A stretch of 64,000 bases of DNA, from contig JAFGLM010000001.1 in the NCBI GenBank assembly GCA_016928055.1, positions 31,260-95,259 of the forward strand, written 5' to 3'. A model generated the notes under the pieces. That model searched no databases and was not told the DNA's origin. It worked only from the letters and a program-made list of their open reading frames with translations. The stretch is from Gammaproteobacteria bacterium (lineage in GTDB: Bacteria > Pseudomonadota > Gammaproteobacteria > HTCC5015). Numbering within the stretch: position 1 is the stretch's first letter; every line of letters starts with the position of its first letter. A program made the position numbers and the translations under genes. Shown in pieces: positions 1-8,937 of the stretch.

Positions 1-2543
1 GAATAACCCGGTGGCGTTTCAATCTGTTCAGCGACCGCTTGTTTGGCTTCAGCAACATAGGAGCCGAGATCCCTGCCGCTGATATCAACAAAGGTCCAGC
101 CGTTCAAACGCGCATTTTCACTCTTGATCGCCGGTGGACCGTCGGCCACATAAATATCCGCGACATCACCCAACGCGATGCGTTCGTTCTTGGGTGTAAC
201 CACCGGCAGCAGTTTCAACTGCTCGGGTGAATCACGATAACTTTGTGGATAGCGTAAATTAACCGGATAACGCTCCAGCCCTTCGACGGTTTCCGTTACG
301 TTCATGCCACCGATCGCCGTGCGCACAATCGCCTGCACATCGGCAATGTTCAAACCGAAACGGGCCGCTTTATCTCGATCAATATCAACTTTTATATAGC
401 GCCCACCCGCCACTCTTTCCGAATATACCGACGCGGTGCCCGCGACCTGCGGCAACACTTCTTCAAGCCGCTTGCCGATTTGCTCGATGACGTTCAAATC
501 GGCGCCGGCCACTTTGACACCGACCGGTGTCTTGATGCCGGTGGCCAGCATATCGATGCGGGTTTTAATCGGCATCACCCACGCGTTGGTTAACCCCGGA
601 AAGTTAACCAGGCTATTCAGCTCATCACGTAGTTTTTCTGCGGTTAATCCCGTACGCCACTGGTCACGCGGCTTAAGCTGAATCACTGTCTCGATCATGG
701 TAAGCGGTGCAGGATCAGTGGCCGTATCGGCTCGACCGATTTTTCCAAAAACGGTAATCACTTCCGGTACTGTCATGATTAACTTATCGGTCTGTTGCAA
801 TAACTGCCGCGCTTTACCAATTGAAATACCGGCATAAGTTGTCGGCATATACATCAAATCACCTTCATCCAGCGGCGGCATAAACTCGCTGCCGATATGT
901 TGTAAGGGCCACAGCCCCGCGACAATGAGCACCACGGCGGCAATGACCACTGCTTTAGGGCGTTGCAACACCCGGTCAATCATCGGTCTGTAAACACGCA
1001 TCAACCAACGATTGACTGGATTCTTGTGTTCCGGCATCACCTGTCCACGAATGAAGTAACCCATCAATACCGGCACCAGTGTAATCGCGAGACCGGCGGC
1101 GGCGGCCATTGCATAGGTTTTGGTAAACGCCAACGGCGCGAATAAACGGCCTTCCTGCGCCTCCAGCGTGAACACCGGCAGAAAACTGACGGTGATAATC
1201 AACAGCGAAAAGAACAGCGGCGGTCCGACTTCCATCGAGGCTTGCGTTACCACCTGCCAGCGGTTTTTATCGGTCAGTTCTTCACGTTCCATATGCTTGT
1301 GCAGGTTTTCAATCATGACGATCGCCGCATCAACCATTGCACCGATGGCAATCGCAATGCCGCCGAGTGACATAATATTGGCGTTGATGCCCTGCAAATG
1401 CATGATGATAAATGCCATCAGGATTCCGAGCGGTAAGCTGATGATGACGACTAAAGATGAGCGAAAGTGAAATAGAAAAACGGCACATACCAATGCAACA
1501 ATAATAAATTCCTCGATTAACTTTTCATAAAGATTATCAACCGCTCGTTCAATCAAGGCTGAACGATCATACGTCGGTACAATTTCCACACCGGCAGGCA
1601 GACTTTTCTTTAGAGTTTCCAATTTCTTTTTGACGCCTGAAATAGTCGTTTGCGCATTCTCACCAAAGCGCATGACCACAATCCCACCCACTACTTCGCC
1701 TTCGCCATTTAATTCTGCAATACCACGCCTCATTTGCGGGCCAGTTACTACATCAGCGATATCACCCAACTGCAGTGGTGTTCCGATGTCATTCAAACCC
1801 AATGGAATTTTTTTAATGTCGTCGATACTCTGCAAATAACCGGAAGCACGCACCATATATTCGGCTTCCGCCATTTCAATAACGGATGCGCCGGATTCCT
1901 GATTAGCACGTTCAATCGCCGTATGTATGTGAGCTAATGGGATGTTATAAGCACGCAGTTGATTTGGATCGACTGTTATCTGATATTGCTTGACCATGCC
2001 GCCGACACTGGCGATCTCTGACACACCCGGCACCGTCTGTAGTTCATAACGCAGGAACCAATCCTGTATTGATCGTAGTTGTGCAAGATCATGTTGCCCC
2101 GTACGATCGATCAGTGCATAAGAATAAATCCAGCCTACTCCAGTAGCATCCGGTCCTAAGGCAGCATTTGCCCCAGGCGGCAAACTTCCCACTACCTGGC
2201 TTAAATATTCCAATACCCGTGACCGGGCCCAATACAAATCAGTGCTATCTTCAAAAATGACATAAACATAAGAATCCCCGAAAAACGAATAACCGCGCAC
2301 CGTTACCGCTTTTGGTACGGACAACATTGCGGTAGTCAAAGGGTACGTCACCTGATCCTGCACCACCTGAGGTGCCTGACCGGGAAATCGGGTTTTGATA
2401 ATGACCTGCACGTCGGACAAATCGGGTATCGCGTCGATCGGCGTTTGTTTGACTGCGTACCAGCCTGCCATCATCAGCATAACTGCCGCCAACAGGATGA
2501 AAAAGCGATTGTTATTTGACCAGCGGATAATCGCGTTAATCAT
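1..2543 (-). CDS. cusA: CusA/CzcA-family heavy-metal RND efflux pump, inner-membrane subunit (first 847 codons; C-terminus lies beyond the left edge)
   Basis: Absent from the ORF track because it has no stop in the window. Reverse translation from the ATG at 2543-2541 gives [47 protein letters not shown]. The same frame at the window edge reads [19 protein letters not shown]. Both are typical HME-RND/CusA sequence. The ATG overlaps the stop of the upstream adaptor gene (ATGATTAA). Plus-strand ORFs here are short antisense artefacts. Confidence 0.85.
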   Translation of the reverse strand, partial: MINAIIRWSNNNRFFILLAAVMLMMAGWYAVKQTPIDAIPDLSDVQVIIKTRFPGQAPQVVQDQVTYPLTTAMLSVPKAVTVRGYSFFGDSYVYVIFEDSTDLYWARSRVLEYLSQVVGSLPPGANAALGPDATGVGWIYSYALIDRTGQHDLAQLRSIQDWFLRYELQTVPGVSEIASVGGMVKQYQITVDPNQLRAYNIPLAHIHTAIERANQESGASVIEMAEAEYMVRASGYLQSIDDIKKIPLGLNDIGTPLQLGDIADVVTGPQMRRGIAELNGEGEVVGGIVVMRFGENAQTTISGVKKKLETLKKSLPAGVEIVPTYDRSALIERAVDNLYEKLIEEFIIVALVCAVFLFHFRSSLVVIISLPLGILMAFIIMHLQGINANIMSLGGIAIAIGAMVDAAIVMIENLHKHMEREELTDKNRWQVVTQASMEVGPPLFFSLLIITVSFLPVFTLEAQEGRLFAPLAFTKTYAMAAAAGLAITLVPVLMGYFIRGQVMPEHKNPVNRWLMRVYRPMIDRVLQRPKAVVIAAVVLIVAGLWPLQHIGSEFMPPLDEGDLMYMPTTYAGISIGKARQLLQQTDKLIMTVPEVITVFGKIGRADTATDPAPLTMIETVIQLKPRDQWRTGLTAEKLRDELNSLVNFPGLTNAWVMPIKTRIDMLATGIKTPVGVKVAGADLNVIEQIGKRLEEVLPQVAGTASVYSERVAGGRYIKVDIDRDKAARFGLNIADVQAIVRTAIGGMNVTETVEGLERYPVNLRYPQSYRDSPEQLKLLPVVTPKNERIALGDVADIYVADGPPAIKSENARLNGWTFVDISGRDLGSYVAEAKQAVAEQIETPPGY

Positions 2544-3768
2544 GATTATGCTCCTGCCCGGTATCTCCTTCAATACGACTTAAGTCCGCTGTAATACTCG
2601 ATTCAGAATCAATTAGAAACTGTGCTGAAACCACTACTTTATCGTATTCCTTTAATCCTTTAATAACTTCAACACGATCGCCGATTTCAATACCTGTCTC
2701 GATGCGGCTTGAACGGTAATGACCGTCTCCCACCACTTTCACGACACGGCTCATCCGGCCATCGCGAATCACCGCTTCACGCGGAACATTGATAGCATTA
2801 TCACGATATCCGGCATGAATCGTCAGTTGGGCGAACATATCCGGCTTCAGGTGGTGATCCGGATTGTCGAACTTGATGCGCGCACGCACAGTACGAGTTT
2901 GCGCATTAATAACCGGATACACGTAGTCAACCTTGCCTTGCCAGCTTTCACCCGGGTAACTGTTGACAGTCATTTCAACCGACTGTCCGGCTTCAATCCA
3001 GCCACCTTGATGTTCAAAGATTTCCGCGATCACCCATACCGTATCCAGGTTACCCATTGACAAAACTGTGGTGGCGGGTTGAATAAACATACCCTCGCGT
3101 ACATTCAATTCTGAAACATAACCATTTCTCTCGGCATAAAATGCCATTTGTTGGTTAACTTTTTTATTACGACGCAGTTCGGATATTTGTCTGTCGCTGA
3201 TACCCAGCGCTTTAAGTTTACTGATCGAAGCTCGCAACAAATCGCCGGAACCGGCCTTTAATGAAGAAACATATTCCTCCTGTGCGTAAATAAGCTCCGG
3301 AGAATATAGCTCAAAAAGAAGCTGGTCCTTTTTTACCGGGTCACCTACTGAGGTAACTGATAATTTCTCAACCCAGCCGTCAACCCGACTATGCACATGC
3401 AATAAACGTTGTTCATCGAAAGACACATAGCCAACCGTTTGTATATCAAGAGTCAATTTGCCTTTTTTAACGGCTTCAACCCTGATGCCAAGATTGTTCT
3501 CTATAACCGGTGATATACGAACAGTGCCTGCGTTGCCGTCTTTTGCATTGCCTTCCGCATAAACCGGAACAAGATCCATGCCCATTGGCGATTTGCCTGG
3601 TTCATTCCGCCGGTAACTGGAATCCATTGGTGCCACCCAATAAAGCGGTTTTTTTTCATCGTTTTTGCTTTCACTGCTAACGTGCAGCCAAAGACGATCC
3701 ACCGCGATGCCTGCCAGTAATGTACTTACCAAAATTGCAGTGAGAATAATTTTTTGCCTGTTCATCAT
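2536..3768 (-). CDS. cusB: Efflux RND periplasmic adaptor (membrane fusion protein), CusB-like
   Basis: 410 aa with an N-terminal membrane anchor. The segment [32 protein letters not shown] is characteristic of Cu/Ag-type MFPs. Barrel-sandwich hybrid and beta-barrel regions follow. Its stop overlaps the cusA start. Confidence 0.85.
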   Translation of the reverse strand: MMNRQKIILTAILVSTLLAGIAVDRLWLHVSSESKNDEKKPLYWVAPMDSSYRRNEPGKSPMGMDLVPVYAEGNAKDGNAGTVRISPVIENNLGIRVEAVKKGKLTLDIQTVGYVSFDEQRLLHVHSRVDGWVEKLSVTSVGDPVKKDQLLFELYSPELIYAQEEYVSSLKAGSGDLLRASISKLKALGISDRQISELRRNKKVNQQMAFYAERNGYVSELNVREGMFIQPATTVLSMGNLDTVWVIAEIFEHQGGWIEAGQSVEMTVNSYPGESWQGKVDYVYPVINAQTRTVRARIKFDNPDHHLKPDMFAQLTIHAGYRDNAINVPREAVIRDGRMSRVVKVVGDGHYRSSRIETGIEIGDRVEVIKGLKEYDKVVVSAQFLIDSESSITADLSRIEGDTGQEHNHD

Positions 3769-3893
3769 CTTTCTCCGCGCTCAGGATGTATTAAACCTGT
3801 CGCACTGAATATAGAAATAATTTGGAACACTGACTCAGCTGTATGATAAACAATGAGTCACTAACGATGTCTGCCAAACGACAGGAAGGCGAT

Positions 3894-4355
3894 TTATTCC
3901 AGGAAGGTACAATAAGAGAGGTAGAAAGGTATTTTCAACCGGATTGCGGGCAGACCCCTATCATTAGCTGACAACTGTTTAGCTGTTTCTACAAGGTTAA
4001 TACCGGAAGGTATCAGCGTTGCATTCTGGACTACCAAGGGAACAGTCTGGTCTATTTGACTGTTATCGATAGCTGTCAGCTCAGGATGGCAGCATTGCTT
4101 CTTATCTGCCGCTTGATCATGCTGCATATTTCTTTGCGAGGGGCAGCAGGTATCCACGCTCTGTTTGGGTATTGGTTTTGCATGCGCACAAGACGGGCAA
4201 CCGAAAGACAGGCACTGTAAGAACAGACCACTAATTACTAGCGAACAAACTGGTTTGATCAGGCTACGGAAACTTGCGGTCACTTTCTTACTGCATACCT
4301 GTAATTCGACAAATACGACGATTATAGACCATCCTATAGCAAGAAATATCCCCAA
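3894..4355 (-). CDS. Hypothetical Cys/His-rich, probably membrane-anchored or exported small protein upstream of cusBA (start uncertain)
   Basis: 153-aa ORF with a hydrophobic N-terminus. Cys clusters: GCPSCAHA, DTCCPSQ, KKQCCHPE. Same strand as cusB and 125 nt upstream of it. I recognise no family. Confidence 0.3.
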   Translation of the reverse strand: MGIFLAIGWSIIVVFVELQVCSKKVTASFRSLIKPVCSLVISGLFLQCLSFGCPSCAHAKPIPKQSVDTCCPSQRNMQHDQAADKKQCCHPELTAIDNSQIDQTVPLVVQNATLIPSGINLVETAKQLSANDRGLPAIRLKIPFYLSYCTFLE

Positions 4356-4360
4356 CTATA

Positions 4361-4726
4361 TTATTGCCCGTCCTCCCGCAACCAGTACCATGCAGCATTG
4401 GTTCGAGATTCGTCAAAATACCTGACTTCTGCATGGGTAAAACGTTTACAAAAATTCGCCATCAGCTCTTCCCATTTTTGATCTCCCACCATAGCGATAC
4501 GCTTGAAATCACGAGAATGTCTGGCGCAAAACCTGATTTCATCCCAAGCCCCTCGCCAATCCAGGCCATGGAAATCTTCCAACATGGCCAACAACTTAAC
4601 TCCGCCCTCGCGTTGCTTTATGGCTTCAATACAAGGATCCATGCTCCTGCAATCTTCGCCCAGTAATTTTCCGGAAAATATAAAACCAACGATATCGGGC
4701 ACACCCGTTTCCAGTTGCTCAATCAT
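4361..4726 (-). CDS. STAS/SEC14-like (SpoIIAA-like, DUF3478-type) domain protein
   Basis: 121 aa. IVGFIFSGKL...VKLLAMLEDFHGLDWRGAWDEIRF...FKRIAMVGDQKWEELM matches the pattern I associate with the SpoIIAA-like/DUF3478 family. Confidence 0.55.
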   Translation of the reverse strand: MIEQLETGVPDIVGFIFSGKLLGEDCRSMDPCIEAIKQREGGVKLLAMLEDFHGLDWRGAWDEIRFCARHSRDFKRIAMVGDQKWEELMANFCKRFTHAEVRYFDESRTNAAWYWLREDGQ

Positions 4727-4805
4727 CTGATTCCCTCCAACATCTATGCCTGCTAGTACTAAGTTTAGATCAGGAAAGGAAAATTACACGGATAAATATA
4801 GTCTT

Positions 4806-4838
4806 AAAACAAAGCCGGTCCGAAGGCCGGCTTTGTTT
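4806..4838 (-). terminator. Rho-independent terminator ending the 15327-4851 operon
   Basis: aaacaaagccgg-tccgaagg-ccggctttgttt is a 12-bp perfect stem. On the minus strand a T-run follows (gtttt). It lies 13 nt downstream of the 4851 stop. Confidence 0.8.
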
Positions 4839-4850
4839 AACAACACTGAT

Positions 4851-5183
4851 TTATTCAGGTTTTGGCATATGTTGCATCATTATCTTGAACATTTCCTGCT
4901 GAATAGTCGCCGATAATTGCATGTATGCAGCCGCCACCTCTTCAGCCTCTTTTTCATCAAGGCCGCTTAGGCGCCCGGTATTGTCAGTCCATTCTGACTG
5001 CAAAGTTTGCATCGCCGAAGACATACATTCACCGATAGCGTCAGCACTCTTTTCATCTTTACAGGTTACCATTTTTGCTTCTGCATCTTTAACCAATGCC
5101 AGTAGATATTCTTTGTCTGATTCACTACTACAAGCGGTAAGCGTAACCAACAAAACGGACAATGTAGCTATCCAAATTTTCAT
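4851..5183 (-). CDS. Small lipoprotein (110 aa), last gene of the secreted-protein operon
   Basis: Internal start MKIWIATLSVLLVTLTAC has a lipobox (LTAC) and a GGAG about 8 nt upstream. The longer 145-aa ORF in the track would overlap the upstream gene. The mature part looks helical and acidic. Confidence 0.7.
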   Translation of the reverse strand: MKIWIATLSVLLVTLTACSSESDKEYLLALVKDAEAKMVTCKDEKSADAIGECMSSAMQTLQSEWTDNTGRLSGLDEKEAEEVAAAYMQLSATIQQEMFKIMMQHMPKPE

Positions 5184-5209
5184 TTTACTTCTCCAATAGA
5201 TTATATTTA

Positions 5210-7150
5210 TTACAGAACCGATCTTATTTTTTCCCTCAAAATATCGGTAAGCGTTACATAAAGATAGCCGCCATCGACAGTTTGCCATTGTTCAGTTACC
5301 AGTTTACCTAGCGTTTTGTGATGAAAAATGACGCGATATTGTACGTTATTACTGCTTCTGTCATGATAAATCGTTTTTTGAACCAGCGGTTCTCCTTGAC
5401 CCGGGCTAAGTGCCAGTCCCTGTTTGTCAATGTAGTCCCTGCCAAATTGTTTATAACGTAACTCAACGCTGGCTCGACTGATCCCGAGTGACTCCAGCTC
5501 TGTAAGATCTGTTTCAGCTTCTATCGTTTGGGGTTGTACTGGAGCCGCCAGGGTAACAGCCATGATCTCACCTTTTTGCCACTGCGGTTTGACCGGATAA
5601 AGTTGGCCGCCACGCAAACTCCACTGAGTGGCATATTCAAAGGTCTGTTCATCATCACCCATTCGCGCATAGCTTAAACTGATTGTTTGGCCGTTCTGCT
5701 CAATATACTTGCGATCAAAGGTCGCCTCTTCCATAAACGGCGCACCGTCCTTTCTTGGTACGCGAATTTGAACCGTTGCGTAATTAACCATATCCTTAAA
5801 AATATCATACGCCTCATTGTCGATCATGAAACGTAACTCTCGGCGCTGAAAAAACGGATCATCCAGGTTCACCTCTGAAAACAGCTTGGGATTGTCTTTA
5901 TATTGTTTATACCAGGTACCGACATTACCCACCATTTGATGAGGCTCATACCGTGCAATCGTTTTCTTTAGTGACAATGTTTGAGTAGATTTACGGGTGA
6001 TCTCTTTACGTTGAAAACTGGTATAGCTGTAGTTTTTAGCGCCGCTGGCTGCTTTGCGACGCTCATCAACGCGCGCTTTATCCTCTTCGGAACTACCATC
6101 ATCCGTCAATTCCTCGTCAGATGGAGTGCCCAACCTTTTTTGCATATCAAAAAATGATTCCAACACTAATTTATGCAAACCGGATTCAACGATTTCTTTA
6201 TCAGCATCGGGGACATGTTGAATATAATTGAATGTTACAACTCCACTCTCCTGCAAAAAATCAATCATTTGTTGCTGTTCTGATTCGGTAATTGTAGTAG
6301 ATTTTTTTGTGCTTATTTTTAGTGGATTATACCACTTTGGATCCCAGTATTTTTTGCTGGTTGTCTTCTTTTCACGTGTTTCGACATATTCATTTTGAAC
6401 TTCGTTATATCGATCATAATTTATACTTACCGTAACATCATAAGCCGGCAACTTGACGATATATTGAAGATCAAAAACGACAGAGATATCTGTGGTAGGG
6501 TTTTCGAGACTTTTTGCCAATAGCGTGGCACCATACTGATCAAGCCTTGCAGCAACAGCCACTTTCTGCCCTTCCATGACCGGAGCTTTTCCACTGGTTA
6601 TAAGCGTTGAGGCAAAGCCCTTATCATTCAGCGTCGCAGATACCACATTAAAACTGGAGCCCTCGCTACCAACTTCCAGAGGAACCGCTCCCTTTAACAT
6701 GGCTCCCTTAACAGTTTTTTGAAGCTTTTTCTCCGCTTCCATTTTCTGTGCATCGCTTAAACCATACTCCGCCATAAAATGCAGGATGGCTCCGTCGACT
6801 CCACCTTCCTTTTTGCTTTTATCTGTTACAAAACGCACCATCGTGAACTGCGGTGTACCATCCGGGTGCTTGCTGATATGCGGCGAGGTTGGCAGGTAAT
6901 ACCAGTTTTTGCTGATCATTTCAGGCTTTTCGGTGGCTGCCGGATAGCAACGCACAACTGTTCCATCAGCAAGAGTAATATCCTGATGGCGACCATACTG
7001 TATCCCGCCGACTTCTTTGACGATATTCTGGGCAGGTATAATTCGTGTAGGTGTTATTGAAACTGGCTTTAAAGTGTTAGGCGCAGCTTCAATTAAATTA
7101 GCGAATATTGCTAATGGTATCGTCATCGAAATTAGTATTTTCTTAAACAT
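5210..7150 (-). CDS. Secreted protein, 'YYLP' paralog C (646 aa), unknown function
   Basis: Start moved to MFKKILISMTIPLAIFANLIEA (signal peptide, AAGGAG 9 nt upstream). It shares N-module motifs (NWYYLPTSPHISK; GKAPVMEGQKVAVAARLDQYGATLLAKSLENPTTDISVVFDL) and C-module motifs (FSEVNLDDPFFQRRELRFMIDN; FEYATQWSLRGG; VQYRVIFHHKTLGKLVTEQW) with the 7177-8937 and 8937-11495 products. Confidence 0.85.
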   Translation of the reverse strand: MFKKILISMTIPLAIFANLIEAAPNTLKPVSITPTRIIPAQNIVKEVGGIQYGRHQDITLADGTVVRCYPAATEKPEMISKNWYYLPTSPHISKHPDGTPQFTMVRFVTDKSKKEGGVDGAILHFMAEYGLSDAQKMEAEKKLQKTVKGAMLKGAVPLEVGSEGSSFNVVSATLNDKGFASTLITSGKAPVMEGQKVAVAARLDQYGATLLAKSLENPTTDISVVFDLQYIVKLPAYDVTVSINYDRYNEVQNEYVETREKKTTSKKYWDPKWYNPLKISTKKSTTITESEQQQMIDFLQESGVVTFNYIQHVPDADKEIVESGLHKLVLESFFDMQKRLGTPSDEELTDDGSSEEDKARVDERRKAASGAKNYSYTSFQRKEITRKSTQTLSLKKTIARYEPHQMVGNVGTWYKQYKDNPKLFSEVNLDDPFFQRRELRFMIDNEAYDIFKDMVNYATVQIRVPRKDGAPFMEEATFDRKYIEQNGQTISLSYARMGDDEQTFEYATQWSLRGGQLYPVKPQWQKGEIMAVTLAAPVQPQTIEAETDLTELESLGISRASVELRYKQFGRDYIDKQGLALSPGQGEPLVQKTIYHDRSSNNVQYRVIFHHKTLGKLVTEQWQTVDGGYLYVTLTDILREKIRSVL

Positions 7151-7176
7151 GATATTTGCTCCTTGTATCAATTCGT

Positions 7177-8937
7177 TTATGGTGCCGGCGGTATCAGTAC
7201 AAGGTAAGTGCCATCCAGGTTCTGCCATTCTCCGGTAACAGATTCACCTGTTCTCTTGTACCATTTAATTCGATATTGCAAATCAGCTTTTCTATCGTGA
7301 AAAATAACAAATCTATTCAATGATTCCGCATCGGTTGCTCGCAGTACCGCATTTGTGGTCTTGCTTGTACCAAATACGGGGTATTTGAATTCAAGTGACG
7401 CGCTTCGAATATTGGACTCTTCGAAAATATATCGATCCGCATCAACTTCAAGATCCAGCCGTGTCAGTGGCGGCGCAATAGTCGTAATTGGTGCAGACGT
7501 TGAAAGCCACTCATTCTCGTTGGCCGGCTGCCTGATGGTCTTGTCACCTTTAATACTCCATTTAACCTTATACTCATAATCCAACCAGTCACTGCCTGCT
7601 TCGCCCAGGCGTGCATAAGGCCACGATTTACTGAAACGTCCATCGCGTACATCTTCACGCGCGAAGATCAATTCGCCTGTCGCGACCTCATGTTTTTGAT
7701 AGCTCTTGCGAATACTGACAGCAGCAAAATTCATATTTTGCTCAAACGCCTGACTGAAATCACCATCAATACGGAAAAATACATCGCGTTTCTGAAATGC
7801 CGGATCAGCCAGATTAACAACCCTGAACATGGATTCGTTTTCTCGATACAACTCATACAGACCGGATAGATTCCCGGCAGTTGCAACAGGTACTTTTACC
7901 ACCGAACGTCTATTTAACTGAATATTGAAATTCGCGCGATTAATGTCACTGCGTTCTTTCATGACATACTGATTATCAGAATAGTATTTCTGATTTCCTG
8001 AACTCGTAAACAACTGTGCCAACCAGCCCTTTTTCTGCCGACCCTTTACCTGACCCTGTTCAACGGCCACTTCTTTTTCCGGGATAGCCGTAAAGCCGGT
8101 TTTTTGATCAAAAATAGTCTCGGTTAATTTCGCTGATACCAGATCAACCAGAGACTGCATCGCTTTGTTTCCTGTATCCTCCGGCAAACGTTCTAGCAAT
8201 TCAATCTTGATGGCACCAGTGCGAACCAACTCATCTGAAATATTCCTGATTTGTTTGCGACTGTATCCTTCTTGAACATTTTTGAGCTTTGAAAAATGCT
8301 CATATACAGTCGAAACATCGGCAGTAATACGCGCCTCAAAGGACGGCAAACTGGCTTCATAATAGGCGCTCACTGCAACTGATACGTCTGAGGTCGGCCG
8401 ATTAAGCGATTCCCATAACAAAGTTGCTCCATGTGGAGATAAGCTTGCTGCAACAGCTGCTTTCGAACCCGGCGATAACGGCGCGCGACCACTGGATATC
8501 AAAGCATTGGCCATCTTGCCATCGGCCAACGTAGCGGAAATGATTTGAAAACTGCCGTCTTCATCCTCTTTAAGCGGAACCGGGCCGATCAAGCGCGCTT
8601 TGCTATCATCCTTTTTAAGCGCTTCTGCCAGCGCCAGTTGCTCATCATCCGGCAAACTAAACGTAACCAGCATGTGCAACATGCCACCACTGGTCTCACC
8701 TGCCGGGTCGATAAACTTCACCAGGCTGATTTCCGGATTACCGGCTTTACCAATAGCGATGCGGGGTACCTGCGGCAGATAGTAGTAAGCATGCGCATCG
8801 CTCGCATCCTGCAAAACGGCAATCCCATTCACCTGTCGCACACCGGCCTCATAGTTTACTAACGCTCCCACCGGTACTACCACACTGGCAAGGATCACCG
8901 CCATTATTGAATTAATAATTTGTTTGAATTTCATCAT
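7177..8937 (-). CDS. Secreted protein, 'YYLP' paralog B (586 aa), unknown function
   Basis: Has a signal peptide. Motifs: AYYYLPQVPRIAI; GRAPLSPGSKAAVAASLSPHGATLLWESLNRPTSDVSVAVSA; FRVVNLADPAFQKRDVFFRIDG; LDYEYKVKWSIKGD; LQYRIKWYKRTGESVTGEW. Its ATG shares one base with the upstream TAA (TAATG). Confidence 0.85.
   Translation of the reverse strand: MMKFKQIINSIMAVILASVVVPVGALVNYEAGVRQVNGIAVLQDASDAHAYYYLPQVPRIAIGKAGNPEISLVKFIDPAGETSGGMLHMLVTFSLPDDEQLALAEALKKDDSKARLIGPVPLKEDEDGSFQIISATLADGKMANALISSGRAPLSPGSKAAVAASLSPHGATLLWESLNRPTSDVSVAVSAYYEASLPSFEARITADVSTVYEHFSKLKNVQEGYSRKQIRNISDELVRTGAIKIELLERLPEDTGNKAMQSLVDLVSAKLTETIFDQKTGFTAIPEKEVAVEQGQVKGRQKKGWLAQLFTSSGNQKYYSDNQYVMKERSDINRANFNIQLNRRSVVKVPVATAGNLSGLYELYRENESMFRVVNLADPAFQKRDVFFRIDGDFSQAFEQNMNFAAVSIRKSYQKHEVATGELIFAREDVRDGRFSKSWPYARLGEAGSDWLDYEYKVKWSIKGDKTIRQPANENEWLSTSAPITTIAPPLTRLDLEVDADRYIFEESNIRSASLEFKYPVFGTSKTTNAVLRATDAESLNRFVIFHDRKADLQYRIKWYKRTGESVTGEWQNLDGTYLVLIPPAP

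Noticed and set aside
7151-7228. N-terminal extension of the 5210-7228 ORF (MAEPGWHLPCTDTAGTINELIQGANI...)
   Set aside because: It would overlap the upstream gene by 52 nt and has no RBS. The internal MFKKIL start has AAGGAG and gives a proper signal peptide.
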